A DNA stretch of 64,000 nucleotides from Spirochaetia bacterium (GCA_965203905.1 CBDBDQ010000005.1:6944001-7008000), one strand, 5' to 3'. Shown: positions 48,779 to 58,590, numbered from the stretch's first letter. Notes: a model not told the origin generated them from the sequence alone. A program made the numbers and translations.

Positions 48779-50360
48779 CGGGTGTGACCGTCAGGGTCCG
48801 GTTGGCAGGCACTTCGCGCAGCACGGTGACTTCGCCGTTGGCCCACTCCACGCGCACCTCCTCCGCCTCCCCCGCCGCACCGAGGCCGAAGTGGGCCGAC
48901 AGCTCGGAGGAGCCCAGGTAGGTCGAGCCGCCGTCGAGGTAGCGGTACTGGGTGGTGCCGGATGCCCGCACCGAAACCCGGCTCCCGAAGCCGTTCGGAG
49001 CGAGGTCGGCGGCGGCGCTGGTGTCGAGAAAGATCCGCAGCCAGTTGCCGACGGAACCGGCGCCGGCGTTGCAGAACAGGCTCATGCCGCCCTCGTTGTT
49101 GAAGATCAGGATGTCCCGGTCACCGTCGTTGTCGTGGTCGAGGGTCACCAGGCCGCGGCCCTGATGGGTGTGATTAAAGCCGACCTGGCGTGAGATCTCG
49201 CTGAAGGTCAGGTCCCCGTTGTTGCGGAACAGGTAGCTGCGCTCCCCCATCCACTCCCCCGGCAGGCCCGACTGGTCCTCCCACCAGCCGTTGGTCTCGA
49301 CGATGTCGAGGAATCCGTCGTGGTCGACGTCGACCGCCGCCACCCCCCATCCCCAGCCTCCGTCCCGCACCCGCGCCGCGCCGGAACGCTCCTCGAAGCG
49401 GTGGTTACCGCGGTTGAGGTAGAGCATGTTGCCGGTCCCTGAAATATCGGGGTGGAGGTCGGCGGTGTAGATCGAGGTCACGTACCAGTCGAGCAGGCCG
49501 TCGTTGTCGAAGTCGGCCACGGCGCTGCCCATGCCGTTGGCGTCCAGGCCGGTGCCGGACTGCTGCGTCAGGTCGCTGAAGGTGCCGTCGCGGTTGTTGC
49601 GGAAGTAGCGGCTGGTGCCGTAGTCGGCGGCCACCAGCAGCTCGGGGTAGCGGTCGCCGTCCATGTCGGCAAAGCGGGCACTGAACCCGAGGCTGGCCGC
49701 TTCATAGATGCGGGACGCGGCGGTCAGGTTGAGAAAGGTGCCGTCCCCCTGGTTGCCGAACAGCAGGCCGGCGGCGGCGGAGCGGCCGAAGATGGTGATG
49801 AACAGGTCCAGGTCGCCGTCCAGATCGTAGTCGCCGAATACGGGGCCCAATCCGAGCACCGCGCGCTCGTCGCTGGGATCGATGCTGGCGAGCACGTTGA
49901 CCCGGGCCGCCGCGGCGACCTCGGTAAAGGTGCCGTCCCCGTTGTTGCGGTACAGCAGGTTGTAGCCCAGGCTGCCCACGAAGAGGTCGATCCAGCCGTC
50001 GTTGTCGTAGTCTCCGACGGCGCTGCCGTAGCCCCGGTGCAGGCGGGCCACTCCCGCCGCGGCGGCACGGTCGGTGAAGGTCCCGTCCCCGTTGTTGATA
50101 TACAGCGCATCGGGTGCCGTGCCCCCGGACGCGTAGAACACGTCCTGCCACCCGTCGTTGTCGAAATCCGCCACCGAGCCGCCTGAAACCGCGGCGTTGA
50201 CGACCGGCGGGCCGTCCCTCCGCTGCGTAGCCGGCAGGCCCGCCGCTTCCGTGCACTCCTGGAACCTCAGCTCCGGCGAGATCCCCGGTTCCGCCGCCAG
50301 CCGCAGCAACGGTGCGAGCAGGAGAATCGCAATCAGGGCATCCCTCAGGCGCAGGTTCAA
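48762..50360 (-). CDS. Secreted CRTAC1/ASPIC-UnbV family FG-GAP repeat protein
   Basis: Repeated D(F/Y)DNDG..D and Y.NNGDGTF motifs; C-terminal AHFGLG...VRVEW; signal peptide. Confidence 0.88.
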   Translation of the reverse strand: MNLRLRDALIAILLLAPLLRLAAEPGISPELRFQECTEAAGLPATQRRDGPPVVNAAVSGGSVADFDNDGWQDVFYASGGTAPDALYINNGDGTFTDRAAAAGVARLHRGYGSAVGDYDNDGWIDLFVGSLGYNLLYRNNGDGTFTEVAAAARVNVLASIDPSDERAVLGLGPVFGDYDLDGDLDLFITIFGRSAAAGLLFGNQGDGTFLNLTAASRIYEAASLGFSARFADMDGDRYPELLVAADYGTSRYFRNNRDGTFSDLTQQSGTGLDANGMGSAVADFDNDGLLDWYVTSIYTADLHPDISGTGNMLYLNRGNHRFEERSGAARVRDGGWGWGVAAVDVDHDGFLDIVETNGWWEDQSGLPGEWMGERSYLFRNNGDLTFSEISRQVGFNHTHQGRGLVTLDHDNDGDRDILIFNNEGGMSLFCNAGAGSVGNWLRIFLDTSAAADLAPNGFGSRVSVRASGTTQYRYLDGGSTYLGSSELSAHFGLGAAGEAEEVRVEWANGEVTVLREVPANRTLTVTPVTGLR

Positions 50361-50693
50361 GGCCTCATCCCCGCAGCGGCTGCCTCGTAACCGCCGTGCC
50401 GGGCCAGGAGGCGCGCTGCGTCGTCATCCCGCTACTGTACAACGACGGCATGGCACGGGTATCGACTCGCCGGGCGCTTTCAGTTATGTGTAGATTCGGA
50501 TCGCCCGGCTGCCATCCAGGTCCAGGTCGGGCGTGCTGCCGGGCGACAGAGCGAATCAGGCACTCGAAAAGGAAGGGAGGTGAGAGCGAACAATAATTCG
50601 ACTACCAATGATGTGATGGTGGCGAATCGACAACAGGCCAGATCACATCTCGCAAAGATTACACACATACCCTATGACAAGGAGAGAGAGGAA

Positions 50694-52028
50694 GTGAGAA
50701 ACAGATTTTCGATTCTCGCAATGGTGCTGATTGCCGGCCTTATCCTGCCGCTTGCGTTGTTTGCAACCGGCGAGGAGGAAGCAGCCGTAACGATCCCTGA
50801 AGGCATCGATCTGGTGACCCCGGAACGGATCGGCAATCCCAACGCAGGGATCACCCTGGTGTGGTCTCCGCAGCAGGTTTACGGGCCGTTCTCCGACATC
50901 CCGGCGCGCACCTCGTATCTCAGGGAGAAGCTGGAAGAGTGGACGCGGGCGCACCCGAACGTCAAGATCGAGCCCGTGATATGGGGCGGCGATGCCAACG
51001 CATTCTATGCGAAGCTGGCCGCGGAAGCCGCCTCCGGCAGAGCTCCCGACGCCGTCCAGATGCCCGATCTTCCCATTTACAATCAGTGGCTGCAGCCTAT
51101 CGACCAGTACATCCGGGACGAGCTCGACGACTTCTTCCCGTGGACGCACGAGATCATGATCGACCCGGCGGACGGCAAGATCAAGCGAATCAAGTTCAAC
51201 ACCGGGACCGGCGGCCTCTGGTATCGGCGCGACCTGGTGCCGGAGCCGCCGCGCTCCTTCGACGACCTGATAGCAGCCGCCAAGAAGCTGCAGGCCGAAG
51301 GAATGGAAAGTCCGATCGGAGCGGTCAGCGCACCGATCTACCACCTGATTTTCCCGATGTGGTCTTCTCAGGGCAGGTCCTGGTACGACGAGAACGAGCA
51401 GCCGACCTTCGGCAATATTCCGGAAGACCGGCAGGCCATGATCGACATCTTCGCCGTCTACCGGACCCTCATCGACGAGGGCCTGATGTCGTTGAACGTG
51501 CTGGAGTTGGCCAACAACATGGACTGGGCCACCGAGATGGGCCGGGGAACGGTAGCGTTCTTTCTGGGCAACATGTGGACCAGTCAGTTGGAGCAGGCGA
51601 TGTCCCCCGAGGAGGTCGACAACTGGGCTCTGACCCACTACCCGCAGATGACTGCAGACGCACCGCGCAGTGCGGCCGCCGGCGGCTGGAACTATGGTTT
51701 CTTCTCCGACGACCCTGAGAAACTGGAGCTTGCAGTGGATCTGGTCATGCATCTGTATGCCAGCGCGGATGGCATGGCGGGCTGGTGCGAAGCAGGCGGC
51801 TATCCGCCCTCGCGCGCAAGCGTGTATCAGTATCCGGCCTTTCAGAGCAGGTTCTTCCAGGAACTCTCCGCGGTTCTTGCAGTGGCGAGGCCGTGGCCAT
51901 CGAGCAGCACCATGCAAGTGATGTGGGGCGAAGCGACGAACGCCTATGAGGCAATGCTGCTTGGCCAGGTGACGCCCGAGGAAGCGGTGGATGCCTTCTG
52001 GGAGGGCACCCTCGACCAGATGAAATAG
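50694..52028 (+). CDS. Sugar ABC substrate-binding protein (family 1)
   Basis: Signal peptide, HPNVKIE, GRAPD, LWYRRDL and GGWNYG. Confidence 0.88.
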   Translation: MRNRFSILAMVLIAGLILPLALFATGEEEAAVTIPEGIDLVTPERIGNPNAGITLVWSPQQVYGPFSDIPARTSYLREKLEEWTRAHPNVKIEPVIWGGDANAFYAKLAAEAASGRAPDAVQMPDLPIYNQWLQPIDQYIRDELDDFFPWTHEIMIDPADGKIKRIKFNTGTGGLWYRRDLVPEPPRSFDDLIAAAKKLQAEGMESPIGAVSAPIYHLIFPMWSSQGRSWYDENEQPTFGNIPEDRQAMIDIFAVYRTLIDEGLMSLNVLELANNMDWATEMGRGTVAFFLGNMWTSQLEQAMSPEEVDNWALTHYPQMTADAPRSAAAGGWNYGFFSDDPEKLELAVDLVMHLYASADGMAGWCEAGGYPPSRASVYQYPAFQSRFFQELSAVLAVARPWPSSSTMQVMWGEATNAYEAMLLGQVTPEEAVDAFWEGTLDQMK

Positions 52029-52064
52029 ATAGCCGCCCGTAGTGGAACCCGGCGTCGCGCCGCG

Positions 52065-52090
52065 CGAATGCAGCCGGTATTTCGCCACGG
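52065..52090. repeat. REP-like dispersed repeat, copy 2, within an imperfect hairpin (~52035-52093)
   Basis: Matches 33625-33650; CCCGTAGTGGAA...TTCGCCACGGG arms. Confidence 0.7.
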
Positions 52091-52148
52091 GTTGCTGGTG
52101 GCGGCCCTGGGGCATCCCGGGGTCCGCTTACTGTCGAGGAGAGGGACT

Positions 52149-53048
52149 GTGACAAGAATCGGAGCCGCGCGAGAACTGGCATCGCTCCTGGCTTGGCTCG
52201 CGCCGGCGATCGCGTTCCTCGCGGTGTTCATGGTCCTTCCCCTGTTCGACGTTGTGCGGCTCAGCTTCACCACCGCATCGATCATCGAACCGGAGTATTC
52301 GTATACCCTGTCGTCCTATGCCAAGGTGTTTGGGGACAAGGATTTCCTGTGGTCGCTCTCCATTACCTTCATTTTCGTTGCTGCCAACTGCGTCCTGCAG
52401 ATTCCACTGGGTCTGCTGATCGCCCTGGCAGTTCACGCCGGCAGGGACAAGAACGTATATGGCAGCATCCTGGCCAGAACGGCCGTTCTCACCGCCTGGA
52501 TCATACCGGGCGTGCTGGTCGGAATCCTCTGGAAAACGCTGCTGTCGAGTGCCAGCAGCGGGATCATCAACCATTTCGTTCAGTCGCTGGGCCTGGAGCG
52601 CATTCCGTTTCTCCTCGATCCGCTGTATGCGGTCATCTCCATCATTGCGGCCAACGTGTGGGGAGGGGCCGCCTTCTGCATGATCCTGCAGTACGCGGGG
52701 CTGCAGCGGATTCCCGCCGAGCTGTACGAGGTCTCGCGGGTGGACGGTGCCCGCGCCTGGCAGCAGTTCTTTCACATCACGTTGCCGCAACTGAAGCCGA
52801 TCCTGTTCATCAACCTGGTGCTGATCACCATTTCCAGCTTCAATACGTTCGACATGATCGCCACGCTCACCTCCGGCGGGCCCGCCGGCACCACCGAGGT
52901 ATTGACCCTGGCGGCCTACATACAGGTGTTCACCTATTGGAACATGGGAAGAGGCGCCGCCATCGCGGTCCTGTTGCTGGTGATTACCGTGGTCATGACC
53001 ATCGTCTACTACAAGCTGTTTCAGTTGGACGAAGACATTGCGGAATAG
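52149..53048 (+). CDS. Sugar ABC permease (MalF-like)
   Basis: LQRIPAELYE.SRVDGA, ITLPQLKP and TSGGP..TT. Confidence 0.92.
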   Translation: MTRIGAARELASLLAWLAPAIAFLAVFMVLPLFDVVRLSFTTASIIEPEYSYTLSSYAKVFGDKDFLWSLSITFIFVAANCVLQIPLGLLIALAVHAGRDKNVYGSILARTAVLTAWIIPGVLVGILWKTLLSSASSGIINHFVQSLGLERIPFLLDPLYAVISIIAANVWGGAAFCMILQYAGLQRIPAELYEVSRVDGARAWQQFFHITLPQLKPILFINLVLITISSFNTFDMIATLTSGGPAGTTEVLTLAAYIQVFTYWNMGRGAAIAVLLLVITVVMTIVYYKLFQLDEDIAE

Positions 53049-53067
53049 GATGGCGGAGTAGCGGGGA

Positions 53068-53919
53068 ATGATGCATACTGGCAGGAACCTGGATGCTACC
53101 AAGGTCCTGATCTACGCGTCCTACTTGATTGTCATAGTGGTTTTCTGGGGACCGGTAACGTGGATGATATCGCTGTCTCTCAAGACCATCCCCGACATCC
53201 TCGCCTACCCGCCGAAGCTGTTTCCCAGCCGCCTCGCGATAGAGAACTACGGCACCATTTTCGTGCAGTCCACGATTCCCCGCAACATGGTCAACTCGGC
53301 CAAGATCACGGTAATCACCGTGGTCGGAACGCTGCTGGTTACGGTGCCCGCCGCCTATGGCTTTTCGCGGTTCAGATTCAAGGGCAGAACGCAGATCCTC
53401 ATGGCGATCCTGCTGTTTCAGATGATCTCGACGCTGATCATCATCCTGCCGCTGTACCGTTACTTCATCCGGCTGAACCTCCTCGATACGCATCACGGGC
53501 TCATCATGATCTACATCACGGTGCAGATTCCCTTTACCGTCTGGCTGTTGAAGGGCTTCTTCGATTCCATCCCCAAGAGCCTGGACGATGCGGCCCGTAT
53601 CGACGGCGCATCGCGGCTGCAAAGCGTGATTCGGGTAATCGTTCCCGTCGCCATGCCGGGGATCGCCGCCGCGGTGCTGTTCAACACCATCAACGCCTGG
53701 TCCCAATTCCTGATTCCCTTCATCCTGATCGGCAAGGGGCGCCTGCAACCGGTCTCGGTCGGGGTCGCCAAGTACGCCGAGACGGTGGGGGAAGCGATCG
53801 TCACGACCCACCTGCTGGCGGCGGCAAGCCTGATGGCGATGCTCCCCGCCATCGCGATATTCATCGCCCTGCAGCGATTCATCGTCAGAATCCTGATCTC
53901 CGGCGCCGTGAAGGGCTGA
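53068..53919 (+). CDS. Sugar ABC permease (MalG-like)
   Basis: AAYGFSRF.F, FFDSIPKSLDDAARIDGA and GAVKG. Confidence 0.92.
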   Translation: MMHTGRNLDATKVLIYASYLIVIVVFWGPVTWMISLSLKTIPDILAYPPKLFPSRLAIENYGTIFVQSTIPRNMVNSAKITVITVVGTLLVTVPAAYGFSRFRFKGRTQILMAILLFQMISTLIIILPLYRYFIRLNLLDTHHGLIMIYITVQIPFTVWLLKGFFDSIPKSLDDAARIDGASRLQSVIRVIVPVAMPGIAAAVLFNTINAWSQFLIPFILIGKGRLQPVSVGVAKYAETVGEAIVTTHLLAAASLMAMLPAIAIFIALQRFIVRILISGAVKG

Positions 53920-53922
53920 GAC

Positions 53923-54933
53923 CTACGGCAGGCGGAACACGATGGAGGGGTCGGCGGGCTGCATCTCCCGTGGCGGCAGCCCCTGCAGCAGCGCCTCCAG
54001 GTCGTTCACCGCGATGCGGCCCAGCTCCCACATGTCTTCCCGCACCGTGCCTGCCCGGTGGGCGGCGAGCACCGCGCCCGGCGCGTGGCGGATCGGATGG
54101 TCCGCCGGCACCGGCTCCTTGGGAAACACGTCGATGGCGGCCTTGAAGCGGCCGGCGTAGAGCATCTCGGTGAGGGCGTCGAAGTCGACCACGTGGGCAC
54201 GGCTCATCAGCGCCAGCACCGCGCCCTGCTGGACCAGCTCCAGGCGGGAGCGGTCGAGCAGTGCCCGGTTCTCGGTGGAGGGAATGGCCAGCACGAAGAT
54301 CACCCTGGCCTGTTGCAGGAGCGTCTCCAGCGCGACCGGCTGCACGCCCATGCGGGAGAGGTAGCGGTCCGCCAGCCACGGGTCGTAGCCCAGCAGCTTG
54401 CAGCGGAAGGGGGCCAGCAGCGGCATCAGGTTGCGCGCCAGGCTGCCGCAGCCGATCAGCCCCACCGTCTTGTCGTACAGGGTGAAGCTGTGCTCGTTGC
54501 CGCGGTGCTGGTACTGCTCGGTGCCGCTCTGGAACGCCACCGACCCGGACACCAGGTCGCGGGCCGCCGCCAGGGCCATGGCCAGCGCCGCCTCCGCGAC
54601 CATCGGCCCGAACGCCGGCGCCACGCTCAGCACGCGGATGTTGCGGGCGAAGCAGGCGCGGTAGTCGAGCACCTCCGGGCTGGGATGGCGGCCGCCCATC
54701 TCCAGGATCGCCTGCAGCCTGGGCATCTGCGCCACGTCGCCGTGGCGCCAGCGCCCGGTGACGATGGCGAAGGCGTCGCCCCGGGCGGCCTCGAACTCCG
54801 CCGCCGGCATCGGCTCGTTGCGCCCCCACACGACATCGGCGATCCGGTGCAGGTGCTCCAGGTCGTCCGGGTGGAACACCTCCTCGAGCCGGCGAAACGC
54901 GATGTCCAGGATTACCTTCTGCTTTTCGTTCAT
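53923..54933 (-). CDS. D-isomer-specific 2-hydroxyacid dehydrogenase family protein
   Basis: KTVGLIGCG, YDPW, SRAHVVD, AIDVFPKEP and HRAG. Confidence 0.88.
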   Translation of the reverse strand: MNEKQKVILDIAFRRLEEVFHPDDLEHLHRIADVVWGRNEPMPAAEFEAARGDAFAIVTGRWRHGDVAQMPRLQAILEMGGRHPSPEVLDYRACFARNIRVLSVAPAFGPMVAEAALAMALAAARDLVSGSVAFQSGTEQYQHRGNEHSFTLYDKTVGLIGCGSLARNLMPLLAPFRCKLLGYDPWLADRYLSRMGVQPVALETLLQQARVIFVLAIPSTENRALLDRSRLELVQQGAVLALMSRAHVVDFDALTEMLYAGRFKAAIDVFPKEPVPADHPIRHAPGAVLAAHRAGTVREDMWELGRIAVNDLEALLQGLPPREMQPADPSIVFRLP

Positions 54934-55449
54934 GACTTCGGTGCAGTATAGGTGACGGTTTGCGCAACGGCCATCCGCCTCCCGTCCAGGGCCATCCCAT
55001 GCTGAACGACGTCTGCATCCTGTGTGTGCCTGCCAGCTCGCCGCCGCCTTCGAGGTGCGTGGTTCGTTCGCGGTACTATATGTCCAGAAATGAACGGGTT
55101 TCCGTCACCCGCAACGGCGGTCTCGGCCGATGCGTTGCTGCCACGTTGGGTCGACCTCTCGCGGTAGCCGGCCTTGATGGCGTCACCTGGTGGTGGAGTC
55201 GGCCACGGTGCGGCGCCGCGCTGCAGGATTCTGCGAAAAGTGCCGAAAAAAGTGCGCTGGGCACTTGACGGGTTTGGCGCCGCTCGTAGCGGCCTCCTGT
55301 CGCACGTTCCGACCCTTCCGACCCTTCGAACATCCCGCCACGCCCGCCAGGCCCGTCAGCACCCGCCAGCGCCGGCCTGCACCCTTCCAGGTGCCCGTCC
55401 CGGGACTTGCCGAAACCTGGCATTTATCAGCCATGATTATATTTACGCC

Positions 55450-57036
55450 ATGGATACTGTGGCTACCGCGACCCCTACCGGCTTCTGCTCCTCGCTCTCC
55501 GGGCTCCCCGACCAGGTGCTGCTGGCGCACACCAGGTCCCTCGTCTTGCACGAGCAGGCGCTGCAGCTCGCCGTCCTCGACCACCTGCGCGAGATCCACG
55601 CCCGCCACCTCCACCTGCGCCTCGGGTTCTCCAGCCTGTTCGACTACGCCGTGCGCGAGCTGGGCTATAGCGAGGGTGCCGCGTGGCGCCGTATCAAAGC
55701 CATGCGCCTGTGCTCCGATACCGCCGGGTCACGCGAGCGGCTGCAGGACGGCTCGCTCACCCTGAGTGCGGCGGCGCAGTTGCAGAACACCTTCGATCTC
55801 CTGCAGCGCACGGCGACCACCGCCGCGGACCCCGGCGCGCCACCCGCGGCACCGGAGCTGCTGCTGGGCGGCACGGGGACGGCGCCGGAGGCGGGGGCTG
55901 CGGGGACCGCGGCAGCGGCGGCCGCGCGAGCGGTGCCGGCGCTGGACGCGGCGCAGCGGCAGGAACTGGTGGAGCAGGCGAGCGGCAAGAGCACCCGCGA
56001 GGTGAAGCAGTTGTTGGCCGCGGTGGCTCCCGAACTGGCCCGGCCGGCCGATCGCATGCGGGCGCTGGGCGCGGGCCGCTGGGAGCTGAAGGTGGTGATC
56101 GACTCTGCCTGTCAGTGCGGGATCGAGCAGCTACGGGCACTGCTGTCGCACGTGGACCCGCACCTGACGCTGGGGCAACTGGTGGAGCGGCTGGTGCAGG
56201 ACGGCCTGCAGCGCTACGACCCGGGGCGACCGCCGCGCGGGCGCAGAGGCGGGCGCCGCGCGGGCCAGGCGCCGGAGCCGAAGGAACAGGAAGGGCCGGC
56301 AGACGGGGTGACTTCGCTGGCGAAGCGGGTTGCGCAAGAGCAACCCGGAGTGCCGACGCCGGAGGGCACGAGCACCGGTGGCCGCACTTCGGCGCCGGCA
56401 GCGCTGGAACCCGGGCGCGGGATTAGCGACGACGGCACCTCGCTGGCGGCAGCGCTGCCCGCGACGACGGCGGGGCGCGAGACTTGCGGCGGCATCATCC
56501 CGGCAAGTGCCAAGCCAGCGGCGCCGGCGCCCGGCTCCGCTACTTCGGCGCCGAAGTCGGTGGCAGATCGCGGGTCCCACGCCGCCACACCGACGCCACG
56601 GCCGACGCCAGGACCGACGCCGCCGGCAGACCAGAGCAGGCCGACCGCGACGACGGCAGCGGCGGATCGCGGTGGCGACGCTCCTTCGCCAGCGAAGCGG
56701 TCAGGGGCGGCGCAGCTCGATGGCCGTTCGCGGCCACAGCCAGAGGCAGCCGGCCCGTCCGCGGACAGCGCGCAGCCGTCCCACCGGGCGCCCCGATCCC
56801 GGTACATTCCGGCACCGGTGCGGCGCGAGGTGTGGCGCCGCGACGGCGGCCGCTGCAGTTACGTCGATCCGCACAGTGGGCGGCGCTGCGGGTCCCGCTT
56901 CCTGCTGGAGCTCGACCACATCGTGCCCTACGCGCTCGGCGGCGGTGCGGAGCCCGGCAACTTGCGCCTTCGCTGTCGAGCCCACCACCGCTTCCGCCAT
57001 CGGGAGGACGGATCGCCGGCAGACGAGGTCACGTGA
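55450..57036 (+). CDS. HNH endonuclease with DUF222-like N-terminal domain and low-complexity linker
   Basis: GFSSLFDYAVRELGYSEGAAWRRI N-domain; RYIPA.VRR.VW.RDGGRC...C....LELDHI.P...GG.....NL...C..HH. ATG lies 6 nt after TATATT. Confidence 0.88.
   Translation: MDTVATATPTGFCSSLSGLPDQVLLAHTRSLVLHEQALQLAVLDHLREIHARHLHLRLGFSSLFDYAVRELGYSEGAAWRRIKAMRLCSDTAGSRERLQDGSLTLSAAAQLQNTFDLLQRTATTAADPGAPPAAPELLLGGTGTAPEAGAAGTAAAAAARAVPALDAAQRQELVEQASGKSTREVKQLLAAVAPELARPADRMRALGAGRWELKVVIDSACQCGIEQLRALLSHVDPHLTLGQLVERLVQDGLQRYDPGRPPRGRRGGRRAGQAPEPKEQEGPADGVTSLAKRVAQEQPGVPTPEGTSTGGRTSAPAALEPGRGISDDGTSLAAALPATTAGRETCGGIIPASAKPAAPAPGSATSAPKSVADRGSHAATPTPRPTPGPTPPADQSRPTATTAAADRGGDAPSPAKRSGAAQLDGRSRPQPEAAGPSADSAQPSHRAPRSRYIPAPVRREVWRRDGGRCSYVDPHSGRRCGSRFLLELDHIVPYALGGGAEPGNLRLRCRAHHRFRHREDGSPADEVT
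56311..56698 (+). repeat. Five dispersed in-frame ~16-bp palindrome-like repeats in the HNH linker
   Basis: ACTTCGCTGGCGAAGC 56311, ACTTCGGCGCCGGCAG 56386, ACCTCGCTGGCGGCAG 56437, ACTTCGGCGCCGAAGT 56542 (perfect palindrome), CCTTCGCCAGCGAAGC 56683. Confidence 0.6.
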
Positions 57037-57219
57037 TCGGCGCTCGCCGGCGTGCGAGTTGGGCGGTCGTGGGTCGGTCCGAGGGCAGCGGGAACAACGC
57101 TTTGCAGCCGGCTTGTCGTGCAGCGTGGGGCAGTCCTGGCCTCCCGCCCCGCCCGTCCCCGTGAGCTGTCTTGACTTCGCGCCGGCGCCGGCCAGAATGA
57201 GGCGCATGGGACCAGCGCG

Positions 57220-57981
57220 ATGCGCGGCGCGGCTCATCTGAGCCAGGGCGAGTTCGACGTCCGTTGCGAGTGGGGCCTGCACGGCGTCGAGGCCCTGGCT
57301 CCGATCAGCGACGTGGTGGTCATCGTCGACGTGCTGTCGTTCACCACCTGTGTCGACATCGCCACGGCCAACGGGGCCGCCGTCTTCCCCTACCGTTTCC
57401 GCGACGGCGGCGCTGGCGAATACGCTCGCGCCCGGAAGGCGCTGCTCGCCGGCCCTCGCAGCGCGGCCGCTGGCACCTACTCCCTGTCACCCACCGGCCT
57501 GCTCGACATCGCGGCCGGCGTCCGCCTGGTGCTGCCCTCCCCCAACGGCTCCACCCTCTCCCTCGCCACCGGCACAACCCCCACGCTGGCGGGCTGCCTG
57601 CGCAACAGCCGCATGGTGGCAGCCTGTGCCGCCCGCATCGGGCGCAGGATCGCGGTCGTCCCCTGTGGGGAGCGCTGGCCGGACGACAGCCTGAGACCCG
57701 CGCTCGAGGACCTGCTCGGCGCTGGCGCGATCATCATCCACCTCGCCGGCAGCAAGTCGCCGGAGGCGCACGCCGCGCAGGTGCTGTTCGAGTCCTGCCG
57801 TACCGATCTCGCACACATCGTCGCGCAGTGCGCATCGGGCCAGGAGTTGATCCGCCGCGGTTATCGATCAGACCTGGAACACGCGAGCCGGCTGGACTGC
57901 AGCACCTCCGCGCCGCTACTGCGTGGGGAATGCTTCGTCGACGCGAATATCACCGTGACGAACCCTCGGCTGGGTGCGTGA
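57220..57981 (+). CDS. 2-phosphosulfolactate phosphatase (ComB-like) family protein
   Basis: VIVDVLSFTT, SPNGS, GCLRN, GERW and RPALED.LGAGA. Confidence 0.85.
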   Translation: MRGAAHLSQGEFDVRCEWGLHGVEALAPISDVVVIVDVLSFTTCVDIATANGAAVFPYRFRDGGAGEYARARKALLAGPRSAAAGTYSLSPTGLLDIAAGVRLVLPSPNGSTLSLATGTTPTLAGCLRNSRMVAACAARIGRRIAVVPCGERWPDDSLRPALEDLLGAGAIIIHLAGSKSPEAHAAQVLFESCRTDLAHIVAQCASGQELIRRGYRSDLEHASRLDCSTSAPLLRGECFVDANITVTNPRLGA

Positions 57982-58143
57982 ACTCAGGTACCGCGCCGGA
58001 ACTCGTCAAGCTGCGACTCCGACGTGATCAGCGTGAACCGCCGCTTGCGCCACAGTTGGTAGAGTCAGTCCGGAGCGTGTCGCGAGGCGTGCCCCTGATC
58101 GGCGCCTGTTTGCAGCCGTAGCCACTCTCGCTACAGTGGTGTC

Positions 58144-58590
58144 GTGGGGAACGAACGCCAACGGCGCCTTGGAGAACTGTGCGCGCGGCATGGGGTAATG
58201 GCGCTCTATGCCTACGGCGGCCGAGCAGCGCAGGCCCTGCACTGGCTGCATCGAGGCGGTGCCTTCGCGGCGGGCCCGAACGACCTCGACCTGGCCGTCT
58301 CCGGTGGCATCGACCGAAACTATTCACTTGCGGAGAAGGTCCTCCTGGCATCCGCACTCTCCGATCTGTTCGAGTTCGAGGCTGTCGACCTGGCAGACAT
58401 GAACGAAGTCGACCCGTTCGTCGCCGCCAACATCGTGCGCGGTGAACGGCTCTACTGCTCCGACCGGATGTACGCAGACGAACTCGATCTGTATGTACTA
58501 CGGCGTGCAGGGGATCTCGCTCCCTACGAGCGCGAGCGTCTGACCCGCATCGAATCGACGATCATGGCCGGAGGCGACAACGAGTCCTGA
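58144..58590 (+). CDS. Minimal nucleotidyltransferase (MNT) antitoxin
   Basis: LYAYGGRA...DLDLAV...VDL; GTG lies 6 nt after TACAGT; upstream of a HEPN gene. Confidence 0.8.
   Translation: MGNERQRRLGELCARHGVMALYAYGGRAAQALHWLHRGGAFAAGPNDLDLAVSGGIDRNYSLAEKVLLASALSDLFEFEAVDLADMNEVDPFVAANIVRGERLYCSDRMYADELDLYVLRRAGDLAPYERERLTRIESTIMAGGDNES

Noticed and set aside
50610-50649. GATGTGAT...ATCACATC inverted repeat upstream of the SBP as an operator
   Set aside because: 8-bp arms with a 24-nt gap and a single occurrence; too weak to call.
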